DNA from: Gemmatimonadota bacterium
Lineage (GTDB): Bacteria > Gemmatimonadota > Gemmatimonadetes > Gemmatimonadales > GWC2-71-9
DNA length: 64,000 nt
Direction: 5' to 3'
Assembly: GCA_036679645.1 (NCBI GenBank)
Contig: JAZDCY010000063.1
Span: forward strand, 1-64,000
Each line of letters begins with the position of its first letter. Position 1 is the first letter of the stretch. The notes under the pieces are model-generated. The model was not told the DNA's origin and made no database searches. It was given only the letters and a program-made list of their open reading frames with translations. Made by a program: the position numbers and the translations under genes. Of this stretch, positions 53,452-62,917 are shown one piece after another.

Positions 53452-54776
53452 GTGGAACGCCGCTCGCGTTCCTCGAAAACGCGCCGGCGGCGGCACCCGG
53501 CACCTTTATCCCCCACGTCGTCGCGTGGAACCTCACGCGACGGTGTAACCTCGAGTGCGCCCACTGTTACATCACCGCCGGACCCGATGAAACCGCCGAC
53601 GACGAGCTGTCCACCGACGAGTGCTTCCGGATTGCGGACGAGATCCTGGCGCTGAACTCCTCGCCGATGTTCGTCCTCTCGGGTGGCGAGCCGCTGCTGC
53701 GCCCCGATCTCGCCGATATTGCGTCGTTTGCGGTCGAGCGCGGCGCCACTGTCGTCGTCGGCACCAACGGGACGCTCCTCACCGATGACCGGATCGACGA
53801 ACTGCACGGCGCCGGCGTGAGCGGCGTGGCGGTGAGCGTCGATTCGCTCGAGTCATCGTACCACGATCGCTTTCGCCACGGACACGGTTCGCTCAAGGCA
53901 ACTCTCGAGGCCGTCGAGCGACTTGGCCGCCACCGGCTCGATTTCGTGGTGCAGGCAACACTCACGAAGGGCAACCGTGAGGAGCTGCGTGATCTCGTAG
54001 CCTGGGCTGCCGAGAAGGGAGCGGTGTCGTTCAACGCTTACTTCCTGGTATCGACGGGGCGCGGGTCGGGCATGCGCGACCTATCGCCCGACGACTACGA
54101 GGACCTGCTCACCACGCTGGTGGATCTTCACGTGGAGTACCTCGGCCGCATGATGGTGCGCGCGAAATGCGCGCCGCATTTCATGCGACTGGTGCACCAG
54201 CGCGCGCCCGATTCACCCATACTGAACTACGAGACGCGCTGTCCGTGCGGCGTCCAGTACTGCCGGATTACGCCCGACGGGAAGCTCACTGCCTGTCCCT
54301 ACCTCCCGCGCGCCGCGGGCGATCTCCGCGAAGCCTCGTTTGCCGACATATGGAATACGGCCCCACTCTTCGTGGAGCTACGCGGCGGCGAGTTGGGCGG
54401 AAAATGCGGACAGTGCAACTACCGCAAGCTCTGTGGTGGGTGTCGGGCACGCGCGTATGCGCTGGAAGGAGACCCAATGGCCGCCGATCCGTCGTGCGCG
54501 TATGAACCGGATTCGGCCGCTACCCTGATTGAGCCGACACGTGCCGTCACGTATGGGAAGCCCGCCACTCCGGGCTTGCAATGGACACCTGACGCAGAGG
54601 CGCGAATGCGCCGCATTCCGTCATTCGTGCGCGGCGTGGTAGTCGACCGCGTGGAGCGATTCGCGCGCGACCGGGGACATCATGAGGTGACAGTCGATCT
54701 GCTGACCGAGGTACGGAGCGCAATGCCGCTCGACTTCTCCAAGCTCAAACCCTTCTTCCTGCGTGACGATGCCTGA
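53448..54776 (+). CDS. Radical SAM/SPASM protein (AhbD/NirJ-like) with C-terminal PCP_red domain
   Basis: WNLTRRCNLECAHCY, LSGGEP, KCAPHF, CPCG...CPY...KCGQC..LCGGCRARAY..DPSC; WTPDAEARMRRIPSFVRG. Confidence 0.9.
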   Translation: MSGTPLAFLENAPAAAPGTFIPHVVAWNLTRRCNLECAHCYITAGPDETADDELSTDECFRIADEILALNSSPMFVLSGGEPLLRPDLADIASFAVERGATVVVGTNGTLLTDDRIDELHGAGVSGVAVSVDSLESSYHDRFRHGHGSLKATLEAVERLGRHRLDFVVQATLTKGNREELRDLVAWAAEKGAVSFNAYFLVSTGRGSGMRDLSPDDYEDLLTTLVDLHVEYLGRMMVRAKCAPHFMRLVHQRAPDSPILNYETRCPCGVQYCRITPDGKLTACPYLPRAAGDLREASFADIWNTAPLFVELRGGELGGKCGQCNYRKLCGGCRARAYALEGDPMAADPSCAYEPDSAATLIEPTRAVTYGKPATPGLQWTPDAEARMRRIPSFVRGVVVDRVERFARDRGHHEVTVDLLTEVRSAMPLDFSKLKPFFLRDDA

Positions 54777-56490
54777 CTTGTACGCGCTCCTGCAGGCGGC
54801 CGCCGATGGGGCGACGGCCAGTTACCGCGATTTCCCCGTCATCGGGAGCCGCGCCGCCGTGTGGATCGCGGCGCAGGTACACCTCATGTTCGCCGCCTTT
54901 GTCCTGGGCGTGCCGATGTTTGCCGTGATCACCGAACTGATCGGCATCGTGGCCAGGGACAGCAAGTACGACAAGCTGTCAAAGGAATTCACGCGTCTGC
55001 TGGTCTTCGCATACAGCGCCACCGCGTTGTGGGGCGCGGTGTTGGTGTTCTTCCTCACCACCCTGTACCCCAGATTCTGGACGCACATGACGGAGATCTT
55101 CGGCCCGTCCATGTGGGTCTACGTCGGACTGTTTTTCGTCGAGTCGTTCACTCTCTACCTGTACTACTATGGGTGGGATCGCTGGAACGTGGGACGCGCC
55201 AAGTGGGGACATTGGGGACTCGGCCTGCTACTGAATGTCTGGGGCACGGCCGTCATGATCATCGCAAATGGCTGGCTGACGTATATGATGTCGCCACCGG
55301 AAGGCGCAACGGTCGCCGGGCTTCCAGATGGCGTGTCGACGTGGAACGCAATCGCCAACGCCACGTGGATGCCCATCAACATCCACCGCCTCATCGCGAA
55401 CGCCGTCTTCGGTGGCTCGATCGTCGCGGGGTACGCCGCGTACCGTTTTCTCGCCGCCCGTACCGACGAGGAACGGGCGCACTACGATTGGATGGGGTAC
55501 GTCGGCAATTTCATCGCGATCTCGACGTTCATCGTGCTGCCGTTTGCCGGCTACTACCTGGGGCGCGAGATCTACGAGTACAACCAGCAGATGGGCATCA
55601 CGATGATGGGCGGCTTCATGAGCTGGTTGTGGATCGTGCAGGCGGTGCTCATCGGCGTGTTGTTCCTTGCGGCAAACTATTACCTGTGGATCGGCATGGG
55701 CCGCATCCCCGGTGCCGAACGATTCATGCCGTACACCAAGTGGATGCTTCTCATCCTCATCATCGGGTGGCTGGTCTGGGCGACCCCTCACACGATGATC
55801 GCGAGTCGGGCTGAGATGGCGGCGATGGGCGGGTCCCACCACCCATTCCTGGGCATTCTCGGGGTCATGAGTGCAAAGAACACCGCCGTGAACTTCATGA
55901 TCCTCACGACTTTCCTCTCGTTTCTACTCTATCGGCGCGCCAACAAGGAACCCACCGTGTCGTGGGCCCAGACCGGGACACTCATCGAGGGTGCAATGTT
56001 CGCTGTCTCTGCCGGGGTCGTCCTCTTCTACGGGATCTACGGGTACTTCGTCGAGGCCATCGTCCGCATCGGGTTCAGCGTCTACCAGGTCGGTGCGGTG
56101 CTGGCGTGCATCATTGGTGTCACGGTGATCGACATCGCGTTGTTGCGCGGCGCGAAGTCGCGCGGCGCCATTCGCTGGGGCCAGATGCCGGAGCGGTCGC
56201 AGTACGCGCTCTTTGTGCTCGCGGTAACCTTCACCTGGCTCATGGGACTCATGGGCTTTGCCCGCAGCGGTATCCGGCAGCACTGGCACGTGTGGGAGAT
56301 CGTGCGCGACACCAGCGCGTCCGCCGCGACGCCGGCCCTTGGGTACGCCGCATGGGTCATCAGCGCGTGCGTGCTCATTTTCCTCTCGCTGGTGGCGTTC
56401 ATCTTCTGGCTCGGCGGACTCGCCGAACGGGCGGTGGCCAAAGGGACGACGATCCCGGTACCCGTACCGGCAACGGGAAGAGGACACTAG
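54763..56490 (+). CDS. Cytochrome bd subunit I-like ('bd-like') membrane protein
   Basis: AQVHLMF and NIHR heme His positions, FFVES, ANGWLTYMMSP, RSGIRQHW (degenerate GRQPW); many TM segments; no cydB follows. Confidence 0.85.
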   Translation: MTMPDLYALLQAAADGATASYRDFPVIGSRAAVWIAAQVHLMFAAFVLGVPMFAVITELIGIVARDSKYDKLSKEFTRLLVFAYSATALWGAVLVFFLTTLYPRFWTHMTEIFGPSMWVYVGLFFVESFTLYLYYYGWDRWNVGRAKWGHWGLGLLLNVWGTAVMIIANGWLTYMMSPPEGATVAGLPDGVSTWNAIANATWMPINIHRLIANAVFGGSIVAGYAAYRFLAARTDEERAHYDWMGYVGNFIAISTFIVLPFAGYYLGREIYEYNQQMGITMMGGFMSWLWIVQAVLIGVLFLAANYYLWIGMGRIPGAERFMPYTKWMLLILIIGWLVWATPHTMIASRAEMAAMGGSHHPFLGILGVMSAKNTAVNFMILTTFLSFLLYRRANKEPTVSWAQTGTLIEGAMFAVSAGVVLFYGIYGYFVEAIVRIGFSVYQVGAVLACIIGVTVIDIALLRGAKSRGAIRWGQMPERSQYALFVLAVTFTWLMGLMGFARSGIRQHWHVWEIVRDTSASAATPALGYAAWVISACVLIFLSLVAFIFWLGGLAERAVAKGTTIPVPVPATGRGH

Positions 56491-57276
56491 ATGCTCGCGA
56501 CCAACCTAAAGGTCCTGGCCGTGGCACTCCTGACCATCGGATTCTATGCACTCGTGGCCAATACTATTCCCCAGCTGGAGTCGGAGGTGCCGGAAAACCT
56601 CGCGCTCGGCAGCGATGTCACCGCCGAGCAGCTCGTCGAAGCGGGCGAGCGCGTGTATCAGGGAGCCGGCGGATGTACAGCCTGTCACGGGCTTGGGACC
56701 CGGGCGCCCAACCTCCTCACCGATCACGCCGGTGAAGGCGCGATAGGGTCCCGGTGCGGAAGCAGGGAATCGGACAAGGACTGCAAAGCGTACCTGTACG
56801 AGTCGTTGACGGACCCGGGAGCGTATGTCGTCGACGGATTCGAGAGCATCATGCCCGACATGCGGCGGCAACTCCCGGAGGATCAGATCTGGGCGACCGT
56901 CGCCTTCCTCCAGTCCCAAGGCGGAGAGGTAACCGTCACCGGCGCCGATCTGCCGGCGGACGAGGAGGGAGGACAAGCCGACGCGGCAAGTGCACCGCAA
57001 CGATCGGCAACGACCGACCCGTTGCAGCTCCTGAGCGAAAACGCGTGCCTCGGCTGCCACGCCATCGATGGCGCAGGCCCGCCGATCGGTCCCTCGTTCG
57101 ACGCGATCGGCGCCCGCATATCGGCCGATCGTATTCGCCGCGGCATCATCGATCCCGACTCTGAGATCGCCCAGGGCTTTGACGCAATGGCCGGTGTCAT
57201 GCCCAAGATATTTGGAGATCAACTCTCCGCGGCGCAGCTCGAGGTACTCGTTGCCTTTCTCGCGGGGAGGCGCTAG
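56491..57276 (+). CDS. Membrane-anchored diheme cytochrome c
   Basis: CTACH and CLGCH, each followed by (ESL/GII).DP....GF...MP distal-Met motif. Confidence 0.9.
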   Translation: MLATNLKVLAVALLTIGFYALVANTIPQLESEVPENLALGSDVTAEQLVEAGERVYQGAGGCTACHGLGTRAPNLLTDHAGEGAIGSRCGSRESDKDCKAYLYESLTDPGAYVVDGFESIMPDMRRQLPEDQIWATVAFLQSQGGEVTVTGADLPADEEGGQADAASAPQRSATTDPLQLLSENACLGCHAIDGAGPPIGPSFDAIGARISADRIRRGIIDPDSEIAQGFDAMAGVMPKIFGDQLSAAQLEVLVAFLAGRR

Positions 57277-58097
57277 TGGCACCACGTAGATCGTACTTGC
57301 GGCACCCCTTCTGGCAAGCGGTTGTCCTGCTCGTGGCAGCCTACCTGTTGTTCAAGTGGGGTATCGCGATCATTCCCCCCCTCTTTGGGATGGCCAGTGC
57401 ACCGGTCCCAACGAGCGTCGTGCTTCAGTACATGCTGACCGCCATGGTTGGCATCCTGATCTACGTGAGTGATAACGAGGACCGTTGGCGCCAGTTCAAG
57501 GAACCGCTCAACGCCGTCCTCGTAGATGGAGATAAGCGCTGGATGCGCGGGGCGTTGATGGTGTTCGTGCCGGTTTTGGTCGGCTTCGTCACCTATGAAC
57601 AGGTCCGGCCCAAGGTGTCCGCCCCAATTCAGTTCCGTGCGATCCACCCAGCACCTCCCGGACAAATCACGTTCCGCGGGCGCACCATTCAGCTCACGGG
57701 ACTCGAGAATCCTCTGCGCAGCCAGGGATCGCGCGAGGATCACTACGAAACGGGTCGCCGCGTTTACTATCAGAATTGCCTCCCATGTCACGGCGACCAG
57801 TTGGACGGCGAGGGGCGCTTTGCACACGGGTTCAGTCCCACGCCGCTTCCGTTCGACGACGCCGGAACGATCGCCCAACTCACCGAGAGTTTCGTCTTCT
57901 GGCGCATTGCCAAGGGAGGACCCGGACTCCCCAACGAGGGAACACCGTGGAATTCGGCGATGCCCGTGTGGGAAGATTTTCTCACTGAAGATGAGATCTG
58001 GTCGGTGATCATCTTCCTGTACGAGCAGAGCGGCTGGGAGCCCCGGCGGTGGGAGGTCGAGGAGGAAGGGGAAGCGGAAGGGGACAGTGATGAATAG
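57276..58097 (+). CDS. Multi-TM monoheme cytochrome c
   Basis: Three N-terminal hydrophobic helices, CLPCHG, WRIAKGGPGLP, SAMP. Confidence 0.88.
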   Translation: MAPRRSYLRHPFWQAVVLLVAAYLLFKWGIAIIPPLFGMASAPVPTSVVLQYMLTAMVGILIYVSDNEDRWRQFKEPLNAVLVDGDKRWMRGALMVFVPVLVGFVTYEQVRPKVSAPIQFRAIHPAPPGQITFRGRTIQLTGLENPLRSQGSREDHYETGRRVYYQNCLPCHGDQLDGEGRFAHGFSPTPLPFDDAGTIAQLTESFVFWRIAKGGPGLPNEGTPWNSAMPVWEDFLTEDEIWSVIIFLYEQSGWEPRRWEVEEEGEAEGDSDE

Positions 58098-59688
58098 GGC
58101 CGGAAGGCGGAACGGCGGAATGGCGGGAGGAAACGGCGTCGGCCGGGCAGTGACGATACTCGCGCTGGCTTTCGTACTACTTCCCGCCTTCCCGCCTTCC
58201 CGCCTCTCCGCCCAGGATCTCGAACGTGGTAGGGAGCTCTACGACCGTTGGTGTCTTGCCTGCCACGGCGAAACCGGGACAGGGGACGGCGAGGCGGCGG
58301 CGTACATGCTGCCGCGTCCGCGCGATTTCACCGGGGCCCTCTATCAGATCCGCACGACGGCGAGCGGCGAACTCCCGACGGACGACGACTTGCGGCGCGT
58401 CATGGAGCTGGGCATCCCCGGGACCGCAATGCCCGGTTGGACGGACCGCTTGAGTTCCGGCGAGCGAGACGATGTAATCGGGTACATCAAGTCGCTGTCG
58501 CGTTTTTTCGACGGCACTGAGCCAGAACCGTACGATTTCGGCGGTGCGCCCGGTGTGTCGGACGAGGGGATTGCCGAAGGTGCCCGCATCTATCGGGAAC
58601 TGGAATGCTTCAAGTGTCACGGCGATGCCGGCCGCGGAGACGGACCTTCGGCGCCGACCATGACCGACGACTGGGACCATCCAATCCGTCCCGCGGATCT
58701 CACCCGGCCCTGGGCGTTCAACGGCGGCAGCGAGGTCGGCGACATCTACCGACGACTGCGCACGGGGTTGGACGGAACCCCCATGCCCTCGTTCACCGAC
58801 GTGATCGACGCCGAGATCATCACCGAAGAGCAGCTCTGGCGCGTTGCGCAGTGGGTCCGCAGTCTCGCGCCGGGTGACCCCACGGTGCGCGAGGTCATCC
58901 GTGCGGCGCGCACGGAGACAGCCCTTCCCAGCGGCCCGACCGACACCGCGTGGTCCGGCGTGAAGCCCTTTTACATCCCGCTGGTTGGGCAGATCATCAT
59001 GAAGCCCCGGCGGTTCACGCCGACCGTCGACGGTGTTTGGGTGCGCGCCCTGCACGACGGAGAACGCCTGGCGATCCATCTTGCGTGGAGCGATCCGTCT
59101 GCCAGCCCGGACGACGATTGGCAGGACTGGCTCGAGCTGATTGCGCAGACGGTAACGGATGTCGATGGTGCACTCGACACCGTCCAGGGTCCCGACCGGA
59201 TTGCCGTCCAGTTTCCTGCGCGGCGCGTCGAGGGCCTGCAGCGACCGTACTTTCTGGGCGGGGACCGGCGGCGGCCGGTATATTCCTGGCATTGGCAGAG
59301 CACTCCCGATCAATTGCTGGTGGGCAGGGCGACCGGCCTCGATGCGTTTGCGGCGGGCGCTGCCACCGACGTGACGCACGCAGCAGCGTTTACCGACGGG
59401 CAGTGGCAAATACAGCTCACGCGCGCGCGCGTGCCGAGCGATTCGACCGCACCCACGTTCGCCGAGGGGGAAGCGATACCGATCGCGTTCCAGGCGGCCG
59501 ACGGCAGTTCGGGCGAGGATGCGGTCAGTGGATCGGTGAGCGCGTGGTATGCTATTTACCTTGATGTTCCAACACCACCAAGCGTTTTTGTTGCGCCGGT
59601 GGTTGCTGCACTCCTTACGGCAGGACTCGGCGTGCTCGTGGTGACGCGGGCGCAGCGACGCGAACGTGGAGACTCAACGGAGGCATGA
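58087..59688 (+). CDS. Diheme cytochrome c fused to EB_dh/DOMON-like domain, C-terminal TM
   Basis: CLACHG..PRPRDF..GTAMP; CFKCHG..GTPMP; VRALHDGERLAIHLAWSD, DRIAVQFP, GQWQIQLTR. Confidence 0.85.
   Translation: MMNRAGRRNGGMAGGNGVGRAVTILALAFVLLPAFPPSRLSAQDLERGRELYDRWCLACHGETGTGDGEAAAYMLPRPRDFTGALYQIRTTASGELPTDDDLRRVMELGIPGTAMPGWTDRLSSGERDDVIGYIKSLSRFFDGTEPEPYDFGGAPGVSDEGIAEGARIYRELECFKCHGDAGRGDGPSAPTMTDDWDHPIRPADLTRPWAFNGGSEVGDIYRRLRTGLDGTPMPSFTDVIDAEIITEEQLWRVAQWVRSLAPGDPTVREVIRAARTETALPSGPTDTAWSGVKPFYIPLVGQIIMKPRRFTPTVDGVWVRALHDGERLAIHLAWSDPSASPDDDWQDWLELIAQTVTDVDGALDTVQGPDRIAVQFPARRVEGLQRPYFLGGDRRRPVYSWHWQSTPDQLLVGRATGLDAFAAGAATDVTHAAAFTDGQWQIQLTRARVPSDSTAPTFAEGEAIPIAFQAADGSSGEDAVSGSVSAWYAIYLDVPTPPSVFVAPVVAALLTAGLGVLVVTRAQRRERGDSTEA
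58098..58212. repeat. Inverted octamer arrays within a signal-peptide coding region
   Basis: GGCCGGAA GGCGGAAC GGCGGAAT GGCGGGAG (58098-58129) versus TTCCCGCC x3 + TCTCCGCC (58181-58212). Confidence 0.8.
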
Positions 59689-60434
59689 TGCGACATCTTG
59701 TGGCTTGTTCGATAATTGGTGTACTGGCGTGCGGCGGTGGCGAGGGCGGATCTGACGGCGGCGACGACGCGGCAACGGTGGCCCCGTTGGGAACCGCGTC
59801 CATCAACGGCGTGGTGACTTTCGACGGTACGCCTCCGGCCAATCCGACCATCGACATGGCCGATGAGCCGGAGTGCGTCGCCAAGTACACCGACGACGCG
59901 CGGGATCCGATAGTGTCGGTTACCGACGGAATGCTCGCCAACGTGTTTGTGCGGGTTACCGGGGGCCTGCCCGCCGGGCCGTACCCCATGCCCGCAAGCC
60001 CGGCGGTCATCGATCAAGATGGGTGTCTGTACCACCCCCGTGTCTTGGGTGTCATGGTTGGACAGGACCTCGATATCCGCAACAGTGACCCGCTGCAGCA
60101 CAACATCAAGGCCGTGCCCACGGAACAGCGCGGCTTCAACATCAGCCAGCCACGAGCTGGAATGACCACGACCCGTTCGTTCAACACGCCGGAAGTGATG
60201 GTCCCGTTGGAGTGCAGCGTGCACGGGTGGATGAATGCGTACCTGGGCGTCGTTGACCATCCCTATTTCGCCACATCGGGCGCCGATGGCACTTTCTCGA
60301 TTCCCGGTCTCCCCGCCGGTAGCTATACGCTCGAGGCCTGGCACGAGACGCTGGGGACCCGGACGCTCGAGGTCGAGGTCGACGATGGTGGCAGCGTAAC
60401 CGTAACCCTCGTCTTCGGCTCCTCCACGAGCTGA
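59685..60434 (+). CDS. Cupredoxin-like / carboxypeptidase-regulatory-domain lipoprotein
   Basis: GVLAC lipobox; IDQDGCLYHP, NSDPLQHNI, ECSVHGWM, G.F.IPGLPAGSYTLEAWHE. Confidence 0.8.
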   Translation: MMRHLVACSIIGVLACGGGEGGSDGGDDAATVAPLGTASINGVVTFDGTPPANPTIDMADEPECVAKYTDDARDPIVSVTDGMLANVFVRVTGGLPAGPYPMPASPAVIDQDGCLYHPRVLGVMVGQDLDIRNSDPLQHNIKAVPTEQRGFNISQPRAGMTTTRSFNTPEVMVPLECSVHGWMNAYLGVVDHPYFATSGADGTFSIPGLPAGSYTLEAWHETLGTRTLEVEVDDGGSVTVTLVFGSSTS

Positions 60435-60446
60435 GGAGTACACTCC

Positions 60447-61133
60447 ATGGGTTCCTTCCTGGACTGGTTCCTTCCGCCGGGCGCCTCGACGTTCGCCGCG
60501 GACATCGACCGCATCTACTATGCGGTGCTCATCATCACCGGCATCGCGTTCGTGATCGTCGAAGCCGGCCTCGTCTGGTTCGCGATCAAGTACCGGGCGC
60601 GTCCGGGCCGAAAGGCCACGTACACGCACGGGAGTATGCGCGCGGAGATGATCTGGACGGCAATACCTGCCGTCTCGGTGGTCGCCCTTGGCATTTGGAG
60701 CGGCACCGTGTGGAACAACATCAAGGCGCGCGACAGCATTCCAGAGGGCGCCTTGGAATACGCCGTGATGGTGAGCCAGTTCGAGTGGATGTTCACGTAC
60801 GCCGGACGGGACGGTGAGATCGGCACGGCGGATGACTTCACGTTACGAAATCAGCTACACGTTCCGGTTGGGCGTGCAGTAGTGCTCCGGCTGCAATCCG
60901 AGGACGTCATCCATTCCCTGTTCATCCCCGCGTTCCGCGTCAAGCAGGACATCGTACCGGGAATGCATATGGCCGTCTGGTTCGAGGCGACGCAAACAGG
61001 AAGATTCGAAATCGCATGCGCCGAGTTGTGCGGGAACGGTCACACGACGATGGGTGCGATGACGACCGTGCATTCTACCGCGGAATTCGACGAGTGGGTC
61101 GCGAGCCGCCCTGCAACTACCGCGCTGAGATAG
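60447..61133 (+). CDS. coxB: Cytochrome c oxidase subunit II (no fused cyt c)
   Basis: EMIWT, QFEWMF.Y, DVIHS, CAELCGNGHTTM CuA motif. Confidence 0.95.
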   Translation: MGSFLDWFLPPGASTFAADIDRIYYAVLIITGIAFVIVEAGLVWFAIKYRARPGRKATYTHGSMRAEMIWTAIPAVSVVALGIWSGTVWNNIKARDSIPEGALEYAVMVSQFEWMFTYAGRDGEIGTADDFTLRNQLHVPVGRAVVLRLQSEDVIHSLFIPAFRVKQDIVPGMHMAVWFEATQTGRFEIACAELCGNGHTTMGAMTTVHSTAEFDEWVASRPATTALR

Positions 61134-61142
61134 AGGAAACGA

Positions 61143-62906
61143 ATGGCGACGACGGCACTACCTCAGGAGGCGGCGCACGCGGAAGCGCACGAACTTCCGT
61201 TCATCCGCAAATACATCTTCTCGACCGACCACAAGATCATAGGCATCCAGTTCCTGCTGATGAGCCTGGCGTTCCTGGGCATAGGCGGCTTCGCGGCAAT
61301 GCTGATACGGTGGCAGCTCGGATTCCCCGACGTGGCCATCCCCGGCGCGACAATTCTCCCAGAGACCATGGCGCCGGGTGGGTATCTGCTGCCCGAGTTC
61401 TACAACTCCCTGGTCACGATGCACGGCACGTTGATGGTCTTTTTTGCCGTGATGCCTTTGCTCGTGGGCGTATTCGGGAACTTTTTGATCCCGTTGAAGA
61501 TCGGTGCGCCCGACATGGCGTTTCCGCGACTCAACATGTGGTCGTTCTGGATCGCCGTTCCCGCTGGGGTCCTCATGCTGTCGGGATTCTTCGTTGAGGG
61601 CGGGGCAGCGGGCGCAGGATGGACCTCGTACGCTCCGCTGTCGGCGAATAGCGAGTACTCGGGGGTGTTTCTGGGCCAACAGTTGTGGTTGTTGAGTCTG
61701 GCCGTGCTGGGGCTCTCGTCGATCCTGGGTGCTACAAACTACATCACGACCGTCGTGAACCTGCGGGCACCCGGCATGACCTGGTTCCGGCTGCCGCTTT
61801 CCATCTGGGCGCTGTTCATCACTGCGATTCTCGTGCTCCTCGCAATCCCGATTCTTTCCGGGGCTGCGATCATGCTGTTCTTCGATCAGACGATCGGCAC
61901 GCACTTCTTCGACGCAACCGGGGGAGGCCAGCCCCTCCTGTGGCAGCACCTGTTCTGGTACTTCGGCCACCCGGAGGTGTACATCCTCATCCTGCCGGGA
62001 ATGGGTATGGTCTCTGACATCATCGCCAACGGGTCGCGCAAGCCGGTGTTTGGCTACCATTCGATGGTGTATGCGCTCATCGCAATCGCGTTCCTGGGCT
62101 GGATCGTCTGGGGTCACCACATGTTCCAGAGCGGCATGAACCCGACGCTCGGCATGGGCTTCATGATCTCCACGATGCTGATCGCAGTCCCGTCCGCCAT
62201 CAAGACATTCAATTGGATGGGGACGATGTGGCGCGGCAGCATACGGTTCCACGTCCCCATGCTCCATGCAATCACGTTCGTCGCGATGTTCGTGATTGGC
62301 GGGCTCTCCGGCATCTTCATGGCGTCAGCGCCCGTGGACATCTTCATCCACGACACGTACTTCATCGTCGCGCATCTCCACTACGTGCTGTTTGGCGGGT
62401 CGCTGTTTGCGATCTTCGCGGCGGTGACCTACTGGTATCCCAAGATGTTCGGCCGGATGATGGATCCGTTCTGGGGCAAGGTACACTGGGCAATCACGGC
62501 CGTCGCCTTCAACGTGACGTTCTTCCCAATGCACGTGCTTGGCGCCCAGGGCCACATGCGCCGAATCTACGACCCCAACCAGTACGAGTTCCTGCAGCCG
62601 CTGCAGGGCACCAACACGCTCATCACGATCGGCGCTCTGGTGTTGTTCGGCGCGCAGTTCATTTTCATGGGCAACTTCGTCATCAGCTGGTTCAAGGGGA
62701 GGAAAGCACCCGACAACCCATGGGACGACAACGGCGTCGAGTGGACGGTCCATTCACCGCCGCCACACCTGAACTTCGCGGAAACGCCGGTGATCTATCG
62801 GGCGGCCTACGAATACAGCTCACCCCTCGTCGAGGAGGACTACTTGCCGCAGACGCGTAACCTTGGCAGCGATTCCGGACCGGCCGCCAAGCCGGCCGCA
62901 GGCTGA
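61143..62906 (+). CDS. coxA: Cytochrome c oxidase subunit I, type A1
   Basis: STDHK, TMHG, GWTSY.PL, WYFGHPEVY, WGHHM, AHLHY, MRRIY. Confidence 0.98.
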   Translation: MATTALPQEAAHAEAHELPFIRKYIFSTDHKIIGIQFLLMSLAFLGIGGFAAMLIRWQLGFPDVAIPGATILPETMAPGGYLLPEFYNSLVTMHGTLMVFFAVMPLLVGVFGNFLIPLKIGAPDMAFPRLNMWSFWIAVPAGVLMLSGFFVEGGAAGAGWTSYAPLSANSEYSGVFLGQQLWLLSLAVLGLSSILGATNYITTVVNLRAPGMTWFRLPLSIWALFITAILVLLAIPILSGAAIMLFFDQTIGTHFFDATGGGQPLLWQHLFWYFGHPEVYILILPGMGMVSDIIANGSRKPVFGYHSMVYALIAIAFLGWIVWGHHMFQSGMNPTLGMGFMISTMLIAVPSAIKTFNWMGTMWRGSIRFHVPMLHAITFVAMFVIGGLSGIFMASAPVDIFIHDTYFIVAHLHYVLFGGSLFAIFAAVTYWYPKMFGRMMDPFWGKVHWAITAVAFNVTFFPMHVLGAQGHMRRIYDPNQYEFLQPLQGTNTLITIGALVLFGAQFIFMGNFVISWFKGRKAPDNPWDDNGVEWTVHSPPPHLNFAETPVIYRAAYEYSSPLVEEDYLPQTRNLGSDSGPAAKPAAG

Positions 62907-62917
62907 GGGGGAGAGAC

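Noticed and set aside
50676..54776. Photosynthesis (bch) genes suggested by PCP_red domains
   Set aside because: No BchB/N/L catalytic domains or other photosynthesis genes; only the small C-terminal module is present
53448..54776. RiPP/PqqE-type maturase with a precursor peptide
   Set aside because: No RRE/PqqD domain or plausible precursor ORF; motifs and context fit heme-modifying AhbD/NirJ-like enzymes better
54763..56490. Canonical cydA of a cytochrome bd quinol oxidase
   Set aside because: No cydB/cydX adjacent, Q-loop residues absent and GRQPW degenerate, so no gene symbol was assigned
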